From a virus: 64,000 nt of DNA. The stretch covers positions 3,404-67,403 of IMG/VR virus record IMGVR_UViG_3300020469_000041; one strand, written 5' to 3'. The notes under the pieces were generated by a model, which did no database searches, was not told the DNA's origin, and saw only the letters and a list, made by a program, of their open reading frames with translations. Shown in pieces: positions 11,701 through 21,323 of this stretch. A program made the translations under genes and the position numbers. Numbering within the stretch: position 1 is the first letter of the stretch; the number at the start of each line of letters is the position of its first letter.

Positions 11701-13999
11701 CTCCTGATAAACTAAAGCCAGTACCAGTACTAAATTCCGATCCCGTTGTAGGAGATCCAGAAGAAGATTTAGTTGGTCTAAAATCTATACAATCTCTTAA
11801 TTCTAAATTACCAGAGGATCCACTAAACGATGGTATAATAGAATAGTCAGCAGTAGGATATGAATCTACACAGAAATAATCTCCAGCTCCATGCTCATAA
11901 TGCTCAAATATTACAACCATGTTTCCTGTAGGAAGAGCTGCTGTTCCTGCTTTTTTAATAATTTTCCCTTCATCATAAAAATTATCTCGTTGACCGTTAT
12001 CTAAAGTAAAGTTTGCTTTTTGATCAACACCTAAAAAATCTGTGATAGAAGTTATTGAAATAATATCTGATTTGTCTAAATTATAAGCTGGATAATTTCC
12101 ATTAGTAACATTAATTGTTTTAGAAACTGATACCTTAGTTTTTGACTTTGGAGCAATTGTCTTTTTAACTGTAGCTATAATATTACAAGAAACATTATTG
12201 CCAATAGCGGTAGCAGCTGAATAAGTAATACCAGTTGTACCGTTACCGCCAGAAGTAATATTCCCGCTTTGTCCAGTCTTTATAGTTGCTCCACCAGTCG
12301 GAGCTATAATAATATCTGAGACATCTTCAAATAATCCAACTGAAGTAGAAAATGATAATGTTCCAGTACTACTTGTAGCAGTTTGGAATATTCTTTTAAT
12401 TGAATACGTTGTATCTCTGCTAGGATCTGCTAAAGTTTTAATTGCTGTCTGAGGTAACTGGAAAACACATGTATTATGTCCAACATCAAATCTTGTACCA
12501 TCATCAGCAGCAACAAAATTAGCAGCGAATCCATAAGTTGCTTGTGATACGTTATCGACAGCATTAAATGTTCCAGAAGACATTACAATGTCAAATAGAT
12601 ATAATCTAGCATGATCACTATAAGCTTCCATTCCTCGAACTCTTGCCGTACCAACTGAAGAGGCCGCGGCTTTTAAAACAATATTAGAAAAGTTTTCTAA
12701 ATCAGGAATTCCTGTTAAACCAGTCAAACTTAGTTTAACATAGTTACCAATATTAATTTGTGTATTTGATTCATTTTGAAAAGCTGTAGCATCAGATCCT
12801 CTAGGCTTTTCAACATCAAGATAAGTTGTACCCACTTTATGATTTCTATAACCTTTTACATAAGCAGTAGATGGTTCAATACCTAATGCTATTTTATCAG
12901 CACTACCACCTTCAGCAGCGCTATATTTACCAAAGTTACCTGCGCTGTTATTTAAGTGTTCTAAAATTTCTAGTTCAAATGGTTGAACTACATAATCACC
13001 AGATTCATCATGAGTTCTTTGTGCTAAACGTAATGTTAATCCGGTGTCTTGAGTTTTATCTGTTTTATCAACAGTAACAAGACCATTATCAACAGTTAGT
13101 AAAGTAATATATTTATCTACTGTTCTACTATCAATATCTATTGGCTGTTTAATAAGCGTAGTAGCAATTTGATATCTATTTGCACCAGGTGCAGAAGTGT
13201 TTGGAACACCTTGAGCATTATCAACTAATGATGCATCTGTTGAAGAAGATACTTCATTCTCAGCAATTTGTAGACCAATAATATACGAAGGGTTATTACT
13301 ATACTTGTCTAAAATAATAGTAGAAGCACCAACATATACAAAGCATCCTGATATAAAGTAAACGCCTTCAGATATCGATACAGAAGATCCTTGACCTACT
13401 GCATTTGCAATATTAGACGCGTCATTAGTTCCATTAACATTTGATCCACCGCCAACCATACCATATTTTACTGGACTAGCATTAGATTGAAATACTTCTC
13501 CTACTCCAAACTTGTCAACAGTATTAGTTCCACTACTAACATCATCACCAGATTTTAGATATCTAATATAAAGTGTATCTGGATTACTAGCATCAACTGC
13601 ACTTACTGCTTGTAGAACTGTTGCAGTTACTTGATTACCACTACTTGATGTACCAGTAATAATAGTTCCAACAAAGCTTTGTAAATCGGCTGAAGTATAC
13701 GTTACGCTACTATGAACAAATGAAGCTTCGACTTTTAAATAATCATATTCTATGTTAAGAGATAATTCTCCATTTACAACTCGTGATCCATCTTTAAAAG
13801 CGTATTGGCCATGCCTATCAATTTGAGCTTGAAGCATAGTCTGTAACTGCGTAAGCTCTCTAGCTTGCACGGCATATCCTGGACGGAATAAAATTCTATG
13901 ATAATTTTTTGTTTCGACATTAGTCAGATCGCCAATTTCACCAAAATAATCATCATAGTATGGCTCTGATTTAAATGCTTTTATATTCGTAGTTGTCAT
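8735..13999 (-). CDS. large virion structural protein (DUF4815/VrlC-like)
   Basis: PYYDDY...YHRILFRPGYAVQARELTQLQ N-terminus; DPLAQS and GSFFTSQNASTW motifs. Confidence 0.85.
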   Translation of the reverse strand: MTTTNIKAFKSEPYYDDYFGEIGDLTNVETKNYHRILFRPGYAVQARELTQLQTMLQAQIDRHGQYAFKDGSRVVNGELSLNIEYDYLKVEASFVHSSVTYTSADLQSFVGTIITGTSSSGNQVTATVLQAVSAVDASNPDTLYIRYLKSGDDVSSGTNTVDKFGVGEVFQSNASPVKYGMVGGGSNVNGTNDASNIANAVGQGSSVSISEGVYFISGCFVYVGASTIILDKYSNNPSYIIGLQIAENEVSSSTDASLVDNAQGVPNTSAPGANRYQIATTLIKQPIDIDSRTVDKYITLLTVDNGLVTVDKTDKTQDTGLTLRLAQRTHDESGDYVVQPFELEILEHLNNSAGNFGKYSAAEGGSADKIALGIEPSTAYVKGYRNHKVGTTYLDVEKPRGSDATAFQNESNTQINIGNYVKLSLTGLTGIPDLENFSNIVLKAAASSVGTARVRGMEAYSDHARLYLFDIVMSSGTFNAVDNVSQATYGFAANFVAADDGTRFDVGHNTCVFQLPQTAIKTLADPSRDTTYSIKRIFQTATSSTGTLSFSTSVGLFEDVSDIIIAPTGGATIKTGQSGNITSGGNGTTGITYSAATAIGNNVSCNIIATVKKTIAPKSKTKVSVSKTINVTNGNYPAYNLDKSDIISITSITDFLGVDQKANFTLDNGQRDNFYDEGKIIKKAGTAALPTGNMVVIFEHYEHGAGDYFCVDSYPTADYSIIPSFSGSSGNLELRDCIDFRPTKSSSGSPTTGSEFSTGTGFSLSGAPKVGHALTADINYYLPRTDKLIMKRDGAFEIIKGVPSEYPQPPADKEDGLTLYQLKLSPYVFSLSDVAPEMQDNKRYTMKDIGKLDKRIKNLEYYTSLSLLEQSAADIHMVDVAGLSRFKNGIVVDSFKDQSVADMTHPECSESIDKQFGLLRPECPTKNVNLITKSSASNTAVKKSSNWTMAHTEVEHTKQPYASVAINVNPYAVFSWAGRVQLSPESDEWKETEIRPDIVIDDNGQYDQFVARAEEEGILGTVWNEWETNWAGRQIETELVSAGFTGRTRTRRGGSREFQTVTATTVTDNQSRSGLRTEVAFDTVTKETGNRIVETNFVPFMRSRKIYFKASRMKPNTKVYAFFNDVNVTTYCKEEAYQEWSDTTGVVQYPGATTHPDGASDLITNNKGQITGSFVIPRNSVTKFKSGTKEFRLSDSSTGARSLEATSAETQFHSQGLIESTQRTVVSTKVPRLEISRVNDARVVSETFNRTVTTWIDPLAQSILIEKSGGIFVTSLDLYFESKYTIKTGDDAEIPVCVSIVTTENGIPTQTVIPGTEVELFPGSVNVSSTAATATTFTFDYPVYLLQDQEYAIVIQSDCDEYKAWVAEMGGLDVTNANYRINKQPHGGSFFTSQNASTWTPDQSKDLKFTLKRAKFTNSSEEVTFVNDANPVKLLKPDALSTTSGSGVITVRHKNHAMHGTTSSVVISGAITFNGIDATNINGTHTISNITHDTYSITALNSDTASAAGSGGGSLITATENIQIDVSHLVAATAIVPSTDIRFYLTSTSQRSIDGAQTPYSTNNEIEIKANMNEEYSNPLVISSTANESGGAKTFTLRAVLTTTRDHLTPVLDANRLSVITVQNRIGDNGTVVETNAYGGSELCKYITKKIDLAEEADVINVYLSSNRPSGSSIDFYYRTVPSGSDVDFNSIAWIQASPVDAIPINDDQNIYNESKYAIDPTGTFGSMAFKIILRSKNSARPPTVKDFRAIAAT

Positions 14000-14029
14000 A
14001 TGTTCTCTCTTTTAAAATAATATTTATTA

Positions 14030-15421
14030 TTAGAATTCTATAATAATTTTAATGTCTTCAATTTGCGATGCTGTTCTATCAATAGGATTTCTGTTTTCTA
14101 GAAAGATAATATCTCCTGAATGTCTTTCAACTTCTGGATTTATATTGAATCCAGATCCTGGAGGAGTTCCTACAGCACCTGATGTAGCTCCACTAACATT
14201 TGAACCAGATACGAAATTACCATATCCAGTTTTAGAGTTTTGAGCGTAATAAACATATCCCGTACCAGAATCTATTTCTACGACGAATGCTTGAGCTAAT
14301 GTTGCACCAGTTCCTTGAGTAATTAATTCATCAACAGCAAAAGCACCAGATATTGAACTAAAGTTAAGTGCTGCAGTTGCTTTAAGAGTTGCTGAAGTTG
14401 ATATTGTTGATGTGCCAAAGTTAAATGGATTTTTAACTAAAGTAATTTGTCTAAAATCGTTACCGACGGTAAGATCAGAACCTGATCCACCAGATCCTTC
14501 TAGCAAAGTATTGACAGCTGCAAAAAAGCCTCCCAGCTCTTTTACTGGATCTGTACCATGTCCATTTTCTGGAGAAATAACAGCTCGTGCTGTAGCATCA
14601 GAACCACCTCCACCGGAAATTACAACATGTGCAGCTGAATAATCAGTACCTTTTGCACTGACAGTAATACTTGTTACAGCTGTACCAGTTCGAACAGCTG
14701 TTGCAGTGGCCTGAGTACCAGCCCCAGTAATAAAGACACTTGGATCAGAACTGTATCCAGTTCCACCAGCAGTGACTTCAAATCTTTCAATACCACCAGC
14801 AGTTGTTGAATCTCTAGAAGCTTTTTGGTTTAAATATTGTGCGTAGTCTCCTTCAGATAAACCAGCTTCTGCTGCGGCATCATCAGCAAAAGATTCAACA
14901 TTAATAGTTTTTACAGGCATGTAAGAAGTTGTGAGGAATTTTTCTGCATCGGCGACGGCTACCGTATACATATATTTCCAAATATAACTATCTGATTCTG
15001 CAGTTGGTGCAGTTAGTGTCTGTGTTGGCTCTTGACTAGAAGCTGTACCAGGAGAGTATATACATTTATATACTTTAAATTCTGATGTGATGACATAAAA
15101 AGCTTTATCAAAAATATCTGCGTCGTCAGAATCCCATGCAACATAGCTAGTACCGGTAGTCCAAGTATGTCTTGGAATTACGTGTGATACATCTGCTGAT
15201 CCTAAAAGCTTTAAAGCAAATACATTTTCTCTTGCTTCTACTAAAGAATCTAGTGTGTCATATGGAGTGAATGGAGTGGTGTCTGTTGTATCAGAAGTTG
15301 AATTAGACCAAGCATCAGTTTTACCTATAGCTACAAATACACTTGTGCCAGATGCTGCGATGTCTTCTTTGAAATTTTCTGCATTCAAAGTTCTGAATTT
15401 AGAAGTTACTATTGCCGTCAT
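14030..15421 (-). CDS. gp8: baseplate wedge subunit gp8
   Basis: VYKC...DSYIWKYMY motifs, C-terminal ENR.PI.R...QIEDIKIIIEF; synteny. Confidence 0.85.
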   Translation of the reverse strand: MTAIVTSKFRTLNAENFKEDIAASGTSVFVAIGKTDAWSNSTSDTTDTTPFTPYDTLDSLVEARENVFALKLLGSADVSHVIPRHTWTTGTSYVAWDSDDADIFDKAFYVITSEFKVYKCIYSPGTASSQEPTQTLTAPTAESDSYIWKYMYTVAVADAEKFLTTSYMPVKTINVESFADDAAAEAGLSEGDYAQYLNQKASRDSTTAGGIERFEVTAGGTGYSSDPSVFITGAGTQATATAVRTGTAVTSITVSAKGTDYSAAHVVISGGGGSDATARAVISPENGHGTDPVKELGGFFAAVNTLLEGSGGSGSDLTVGNDFRQITLVKNPFNFGTSTISTSATLKATAALNFSSISGAFAVDELITQGTGATLAQAFVVEIDSGTGYVYYAQNSKTGYGNFVSGSNVSGATSGAVGTPPGSGFNINPEVERHSGDIIFLENRNPIDRTASQIEDIKIIIEF

Positions 15422-15433
15422 TTTTATTTCCTA

Positions 15434-18037
15434 TTAATTATTGTGAATAAAAGAATTCACGTTATATTTATTTATATCACTTATAGAAGTACTTTGTAAT
15501 TCTACGTTACCTAATACCTCTAAAGTTTCATTAAAATCATAAAGCATATTATTAGTTAAAATATTAGTTTTTTGACTATAATAATCGTTTGCTGGTTGAG
15601 TCCTATATCCAGCTGGAACTACCGTCACTTCATAACCACCCATAAATTTGTCTGATACGGGGGTGGACTCTGTCACAGTCCAATTTTGACCAGATGTTAA
15701 TACACCTTTCTGTAAAAGATTACCATTGTATAATTGTCTGCCTCTAACAGAAGCGGATCCTTGTACTGGATTCGTAACTTTATTAAATACTGGATCTACA
15801 TCGCTATGATTCAATTCAAGTATTCTTGTAAGAGGAATGTTTTTAGCTCTATTTTCATTTTTAGCTATTGAAGCAATATAAACTTGTGGAGTAATAACAT
15901 AACCAAATCCAGGATTTACTATAGAGGCCGAAGCTATTTCAGATGGAACAAGCTGTGCTACTGCAGTAGCATTACCAGTAACTGTAACAGTTGGAACTTC
16001 AGTAAATCCAGATCCTTGATTAACAATTTCAATATGAGATACTGATCCATTTTCTATGTGTGCTATTGCTGTAGCACTTGAACCTCCACCACCGCTTATT
16101 GTAACATCAGGTCTAGCAGAATATCCTGATCCACCATTCAACATTTCAATATGAGATACTTTAGTAGCTTGTAATACATATTTACCAGTTGCAGTAATAT
16201 TACTAGATAAAGGTACTCCAAGATTATCAACTGATGTTGGTGCTGTAAATATAAGTGCTGGAGGTGTTGAATACTTTTTATTAGTATCTGGTACTACATT
16301 AATATTAGCAATCTTAGATAAATTAGGATTCGCAGCAACATTAGCAAAGGCCGAAGAGTAATTTGCTCCAGCTGCAGTAACTGTGGCTCCATTAATTTTA
16401 CCATCAGAATCTATAGTACATGTAACAGTTGCTTGAGAAATTGTTTGGCCAGTTACTGCTACACCATTTACTGTAATTACTGGAGCAACTGAATATCCAA
16501 ACCCAGCATCAGCGATCGTAACTGCTGTTACTTTATGAGCATTTACTCCAGTCGTGGGAACCGTAAGAGATAGTCTACCAGATTTATGTATGTCTACAGA
16601 AGTAAATGGTAAGAATTGTGAAACAAACATTTCTACTAAGAGAGGTATGTCCTCAATACCAATAACACCAGGTTGTAAGTCGGGCATAGAAGAAAAAGTA
16701 AATCTATTTGTTCTACCATATCCAAAATAGCTTTCACCCGTTAGTTGACCATGCTTTGGTCCACCAACGTGTCTAAGTTCTCTTAGTAATTTTTGATCAT
16801 CACCAAGCTGATCTCGTGTACCAAATAATTGAATTAAGATTTCAGCAAAATATTTAAATCCAGCTGGATGTACTAATCTATTATAGAAATAATTCCATGT
16901 AGATATATTTTGTCCAGTACGAATAAGATAAGAAAACTTTTGAAATCTTAAACTATCTTGAAGTTTAATTGTATCTGATAAGAATCCTTTTTTATCTAAA
17001 TAAATACCACCTTTTGGTAATGAAGAGTTTATTTCCCAATTACCAGAAGAAGGTATAAGAGTTTTATCCCATGGAAAATCTACTTCAACTTCATCATCAA
17101 ATAAAAGTCTAAAGAATATTTCAATAGAATCTGACGATCCACGTATTTTATAATAATTAATAATTGTTTTATAAAGATTCTTTTTATTAACTTGAATTGA
17201 TCTTGGAACTACTGCGGCAATTTCTTTTTGTATTAACTCTAAATATGCTGCAGTAGTTTTATCTATATCCATCGCATCTTCAATTGTATTTAAAGTATAC
17301 GAAGCACCAGGACCAGCCCAATATTTTACAATTGTTGTAAGCGTTGCTGTTTTAGTATTATTAGAAAACGTAATGGATGCTCCATTACTTATTGAAGCCG
17401 CTGCAGATAATACTAATGTAGTTCCATTTATAGAATGAACTGTTGTATTAGCTGGAATACCTACACCTGTTACAGGCATTCCTACTGTAATAGTAGAATC
17501 ACTTGAAGCAAGAGTTACATTAACACTATTTGATACTGTTCCATTAACTTGTATAATAGATTTTAATTGACTTACAGTAAAAGTCTTACCAATGTCCGAA
17601 GTTGAATTAGCAAGAGATCCCGGCAAATTATTACCATTCGTAATATTAACATTTGAAGCTGTTAATGTAAATGTAGTAACTGAACCATCATTATCTGTCA
17701 AAGTTAATGTTGAATTAGATCCATCGTCATCTGTAAAGAAATGATCATTTTCATTTCTTGGATCACTTACTCTAAATACAGCTCTATCATCTAAAATAAT
17801 ATCAGTATATGTTTCTGTTTCCTGATATATGAACTCTTCTAAGTTCATGTACTTATAATAAGCTTCTAATAATAATTGTAGGCCCGCTGAATTATTTAAA
17901 ATTTCAGATGCAACTAATTCTTCAGTTCTTAAATTTTCTTTTGTTCTAGACTTTGAAGAAGCGACAGATTCAATATATCCTGGAGAGGACATACTTGAAC
18001 TATAAAGCTTATTATCTGGACGGTAAGTTCCTGGCAT
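15434..18037 (-). CDS. baseplate wedge initiator, gp7-like
   Basis: YYKIRGS..SIEIFFRLLF, QDS..FQKFSY..VHPAGFK motifs; GxGY..P.V repeats; between gp6 and gp8. Confidence 0.7.
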   Translation of the reverse strand: MPGTYRPDNKLYSSSMSSPGYIESVASSKSRTKENLRTEELVASEILNNSAGLQLLLEAYYKYMNLEEFIYQETETYTDIILDDRAVFRVSDPRNENDHFFTDDDGSNSTLTLTDNDGSVTTFTLTASNVNITNGNNLPGSLANSTSDIGKTFTVSQLKSIIQVNGTVSNSVNVTLASSDSTITVGMPVTGVGIPANTTVHSINGTTLVLSAAASISNGASITFSNNTKTATLTTIVKYWAGPGASYTLNTIEDAMDIDKTTAAYLELIQKEIAAVVPRSIQVNKKNLYKTIINYYKIRGSSDSIEIFFRLLFDDEVEVDFPWDKTLIPSSGNWEINSSLPKGGIYLDKKGFLSDTIKLQDSLRFQKFSYLIRTGQNISTWNYFYNRLVHPAGFKYFAEILIQLFGTRDQLGDDQKLLRELRHVGGPKHGQLTGESYFGYGRTNRFTFSSMPDLQPGVIGIEDIPLLVEMFVSQFLPFTSVDIHKSGRLSLTVPTTGVNAHKVTAVTIADAGFGYSVAPVITVNGVAVTGQTISQATVTCTIDSDGKINGATVTAAGANYSSAFANVAANPNLSKIANINVVPDTNKKYSTPPALIFTAPTSVDNLGVPLSSNITATGKYVLQATKVSHIEMLNGGSGYSARPDVTISGGGGSSATAIAHIENGSVSHIEIVNQGSGFTEVPTVTVTGNATAVAQLVPSEIASASIVNPGFGYVITPQVYIASIAKNENRAKNIPLTRILELNHSDVDPVFNKVTNPVQGSASVRGRQLYNGNLLQKGVLTSGQNWTVTESTPVSDKFMGGYEVTVVPAGYRTQPANDYYSQKTNILTNNMLYDFNETLEVLGNVELQSTSISDINKYNVNSFIHNN

Positions 18038-18041
18038 AATC

Positions 18042-19901
18042 TTATCTCATTCTTGAAGTCGTTGTGTAATCGATTGTACCCGAAGAACCAGATACAGAAA
18101 TTGTATCGATGCTTGGAGTGATTTGTACTCTTAATGGATCAATACTGATTAATTGATCTCTCTTTGGAGCAAGGTCTAATGAATTAGGTACCACTGTAAT
18201 TCGAATAGTACTTCCAGTCCAACCAATATCAGGTATAAAGTTGTTTAGTGTAATTGTTCCATTTGTTATATCTACTAATCCAGCATCATTTATGACAGTT
18301 ACATTTACTGAATTCACAATCTTATAAACAATTACTTGTCTATTTGTAGAACCAGCAATTGGAATATCTCCAAAGTATACATTATCTCCATTAAGCTGAA
18401 AAACAGTTGATGTAATAATAAAATTAGTAGAAGAACCCGAACTAAAGAACGGAGCTGTAAAGTTTAGTTTAAAATTGTTTGCTGACGTTTTACTTGGAGT
18501 AATCGTCATAAACATATTTGGCCTTACACTACTATTTTGTATTGAAGGATCAGCATTATCAATCGCTTTTAATAATTGTGAATGTCTAAATACTCCATCA
18601 AACTTATTTAATTCATTAAAGTTATAATCAGAAATTGTATCTCTTACAACTGAAGTTAATTCAACTGGAGATCGATCTGTTAAATTTGGATTATATTTAA
18701 ATCCAACATCTAAATCTAGATACGTAAAGTTAGGATCAACAATATATGGAGTAATTGATACAACACTCTTACCTTTTAATATTGTATTTTTAATTTGTAT
18801 TTTTTCTGCATCAGTCAATGTTTCATTTACAATTGGCTTGATCGCGATATAAACAGAACCATAATCTGGTGGATCATTATCTTCTCCACCCCAGGTAGAA
18901 ATCGAATTAATATTTGTAAACTCTTTCTTAAGAATTGCTCTATAATCGTCTGACGTCACAGCTCTATTTTGAGATGTAAAAGTAAGAGGAGCATTAAATC
19001 GAATTGATTCATTTGTTTCTTTTGGAGAACCACCAGCCGCTTTTGTAACAAGTGTAATTGTATTTGTTGCAAATCCACCAATGTTATCTACCATTTTAAA
19101 TTCATTTGCTCCATTTGAATCTTCTCCATTTGTGAAGATATAATCAAGAGTAACAATATTATTATTTAAGGGTTTCTTACCCGTTACACCATCTCCAAAA
19201 TATACTTCATAATATTCATTTGAATTTTCTTGGAGATAATATACTCGACTCGCAGAATCAACATTAATCAATGATTCAAATTGTGTATAGTTATCAAATG
19301 AAGTTGATTGCTCGTTTGCTTGTATTAAAACTTTTAGTGTAGAGGTATCGACATCATCATCTGATATTTGAAACTTTTGATTCTCAATATCGTTATCAAC
19401 TCGATATAAAAGCTTTTTACGAGTACCTTCGACAATGACTACATTTGCAAATGTAAATGTATTTGCTGAAGTATCTAAAACTGCAGATTGCTCACTTAAA
19501 ACTACATATCTAAATAGTCTTCCATCAACCTCTGTTGAAAGTTTAGCACCTCGAGAAAGAGTTAATGTAGATGGTATAGTACCTGATTCTCCAGAAACAT
19601 CAACTGTAATATTAATTGTTGCACGTGGTGCTAAAACAGATCGAGGAATATAACCTAACAATTTCGCACGTGTGACAATGTTACCACGTATCTGAGCTGA
19701 ATCTAGAAATGCTTCATTAAGTGCGAAGTGCGCAGTCATCGCATTATAGTGTGTATTATATGCTAAGATATCTAAGAGAGAAGATAAACCTGATCCTTCA
19801 AAGTCATGACTATTAAAAGCTGTCTGTGTCTTTAAATAGTTCTTTAAATTCTTTTTGATTTGATCGAAATCAAGTTCGGTTACATTTAAATTAGTTGCCA
19901 T
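18042..19901 (-). CDS. gp6: baseplate wedge subunit gp6
   Basis: LDFDQIK.NLK..DFEGSGLS.LLDILAYNTHY; QNRAVT.DDY; WGGEDN.PP.YG. Confidence 0.92.
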   Translation of the reverse strand: MATNLNVTELDFDQIKKNLKNYLKTQTAFNSHDFEGSGLSSLLDILAYNTHYNAMTAHFALNEAFLDSAQIRGNIVTRAKLLGYIPRSVLAPRATINITVDVSGESGTIPSTLTLSRGAKLSTEVDGRLFRYVVLSEQSAVLDTSANTFTFANVVIVEGTRKKLLYRVDNDIENQKFQISDDDVDTSTLKVLIQANEQSTSFDNYTQFESLINVDSASRVYYLQENSNEYYEVYFGDGVTGKKPLNNNIVTLDYIFTNGEDSNGANEFKMVDNIGGFATNTITLVTKAAGGSPKETNESIRFNAPLTFTSQNRAVTSDDYRAILKKEFTNINSISTWGGEDNDPPDYGSVYIAIKPIVNETLTDAEKIQIKNTILKGKSVVSITPYIVDPNFTYLDLDVGFKYNPNLTDRSPVELTSVVRDTISDYNFNELNKFDGVFRHSQLLKAIDNADPSIQNSSVRPNMFMTITPSKTSANNFKLNFTAPFFSSGSSTNFIITSTVFQLNGDNVYFGDIPIAGSTNRQVIVYKIVNSVNVTVINDAGLVDITNGTITLNNFIPDIGWTGSTIRITVVPNSLDLAPKRDQLISIDPLRVQITPSIDTISVSGSSGTIDYTTTSRMR

Positions 19902-19907
19902 AGTTTA

Positions 19908-20360
19908 TTACCTTAAACGTCTTAATACGATTTCAACTTCGCTTTGAGAATCGAATTCTTTTATTCTGAATTTAACGAGAATTCGATATGAATTTGTATC
20001 TCTCTCGTCGACTATATTAATGAAAATTAATTCCACTCTTCTTTCATGTTCTGTCAAACATCGCTCTATATTTTCTTTGAGTGCAGACTTTGTAATTTCA
20101 TCTGCCGGTTCAAAGAGAAGAGCTCTGAGATTGGCTCCAACACCATGATTAAATGGTCGCTCAAAAAAGTTAGTCAAAAGCAAATTCTTGACTGCATACT
20201 TAATTGCTTCATCATCTTTCAGAGGAACAATATCTTTTCGAATTGGATGAAGAGTTAAATTCAAATTTAAATCAGTCCATGGTTTAACACGAGAAGCCTT
20301 CGAAGCTTTTTTCGTATCTCCGATAACTGAGTAATCTGATAATATGTTTTGTATTGCCAT
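19908..20360 (-). CDS. gp25: baseplate wedge subunit gp25
   Basis: AIK.AVKNLLLTNFFERPF..G.NLR.LLFEP motif. Confidence 0.9.
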   Translation of the reverse strand: MAIQNILSDYSVIGDTKKASKASRVKPWTDLNLNLTLHPIRKDIVPLKDDEAIKYAVKNLLLTNFFERPFNHGVGANLRALLFEPADEITKSALKENIERCLTEHERRVELIFINIVDERDTNSYRILVKFRIKEFDSQSEVEIVLRRLR

Positions 20361-20365
20361 ATAAC

Positions 20366-20373
20366 TATTTATA
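20366..20373 (-). promoter_or_regulatory. T4-type late promoter TATAAATA
   Basis: exact motif in the gp5-gp25 spacer. Confidence 0.65.
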
Positions 20374-20374
20374 C

Positions 20375-21064
20375 CTATAATCCTGTTGATTCGTCAGCAA
20401 CGGAGGTTAATTGCTTCGCTGGATTTGGTGAGCTCGCGCCACCAGTTCCTGGAACCTCAACGTGTTTATGTGTTGCGAGTGTTGGTTTATTTCCTGCATC
20501 GGTTGAGATATCACCTGTTGCATGTATTGTACCTGTCACTGTTGTGTTACCAATAATGTTGACGGTCTGATTTGAGGACGACATATTAATTGTACCATCA
20601 GACTCCATACGAAGAAAGGTACCAGACTTGTGCTTGATAGAAATACGTTCAGCACCGGATGTATTGTCGAGCTCAATCGTATGGCCGGCTTCGGTTTTAT
20701 GTACCTTATTGGTCGGAGGATTGAGTTGAGCCTCGAGAGGAATGTCTATTGTTCCATTGGTAGAGGAAGCGATTGAACCGAGTATGATTGCGTCCTGTGC
20801 CGAGGGTCCATCACGAAAGAATCCGACAACCCAAGATCCAACCATGAGCTCATGATTCGAGCCGAACCCTTTATAGGAAGCGGAGGTATTTGGCATGAGC
20901 ACTGTCGACCATGGCAGCTTCGCCGTCTCAATCTTTGTATCATAATAACCATAGGGAAGAACCTTTACTCTGTTGGATAAGAGAGGATCATTAATATCTT
21001 TGATCTCTCCGATAAACCAGGAAAATTCACTTCCAATAAACTGATCCATACTAGGCACTTGCAT
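20375..21064 (-). CDS. gp5: baseplate central spike, gp5 OB-fold type, short, no lysozyme domain
   Basis: WFIG...DPL..RVKV, LPW, GSWVVGFFRDG..AQ..IILGS; GH.IE.DNT.G.ERI; C-terminal HKH. Confidence 0.8.
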   Translation of the reverse strand: MQVPSMDQFIGSEFSWFIGEIKDINDPLLSNRVKVLPYGYYDTKIETAKLPWSTVLMPNTSASYKGFGSNHELMVGSWVVGFFRDGPSAQDAIILGSIASSTNGTIDIPLEAQLNPPTNKVHKTEAGHTIELDNTSGAERISIKHKSGTFLRMESDGTINMSSSNQTVNIIGNTTVTGTIHATGDISTDAGNKPTLATHKHVEVPGTGGASSPNPAKQLTSVADESTGL

Positions 21065-21236
21065 TCTCCATATAACAATTATGTTGTTGATGTATTACCC
21101 AAGAGAGTTCTTGTATCATACGCTGATACCATTGCTTGTCATATGAATTCGAAGTCTTATTCATATCCTCGGTGAGTTGCTCAATTCTCATCTTGACATA
21201 CATATTTAGATTGGGTTTTTCTTTTCTTCTTCTCAT
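21051..21236 (-). CDS. hypothetical protein
   Basis: 61-aa ORF with RBS-like GAGG upstream, overlaps gp5 start. Confidence 0.5.
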   Translation of the reverse strand: MRRRKEKPNLNMYVKMRIEQLTEDMNKTSNSYDKQWYQRMIQELSWVIHQQHNCYMENASA

Positions 21237-21323
21237 TCTCGCTCACCTCTCAGAGTCAAATTTTCTGGAGAAAAATTTTTTTACCGAAACGGTTTGAAAC
21301 TTTTTCTCAGTTTTTAAAATTAG

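Noticed and set aside
59-20258. Many plus-strand ORFs (e.g. 361-651, 4621-5109, 5263-5796, 10101-10358) opposite the structural genes
   Set aside because: Antisense shadows of G/S/T/A-rich minus-strand genes; no RBS or recognisable motifs
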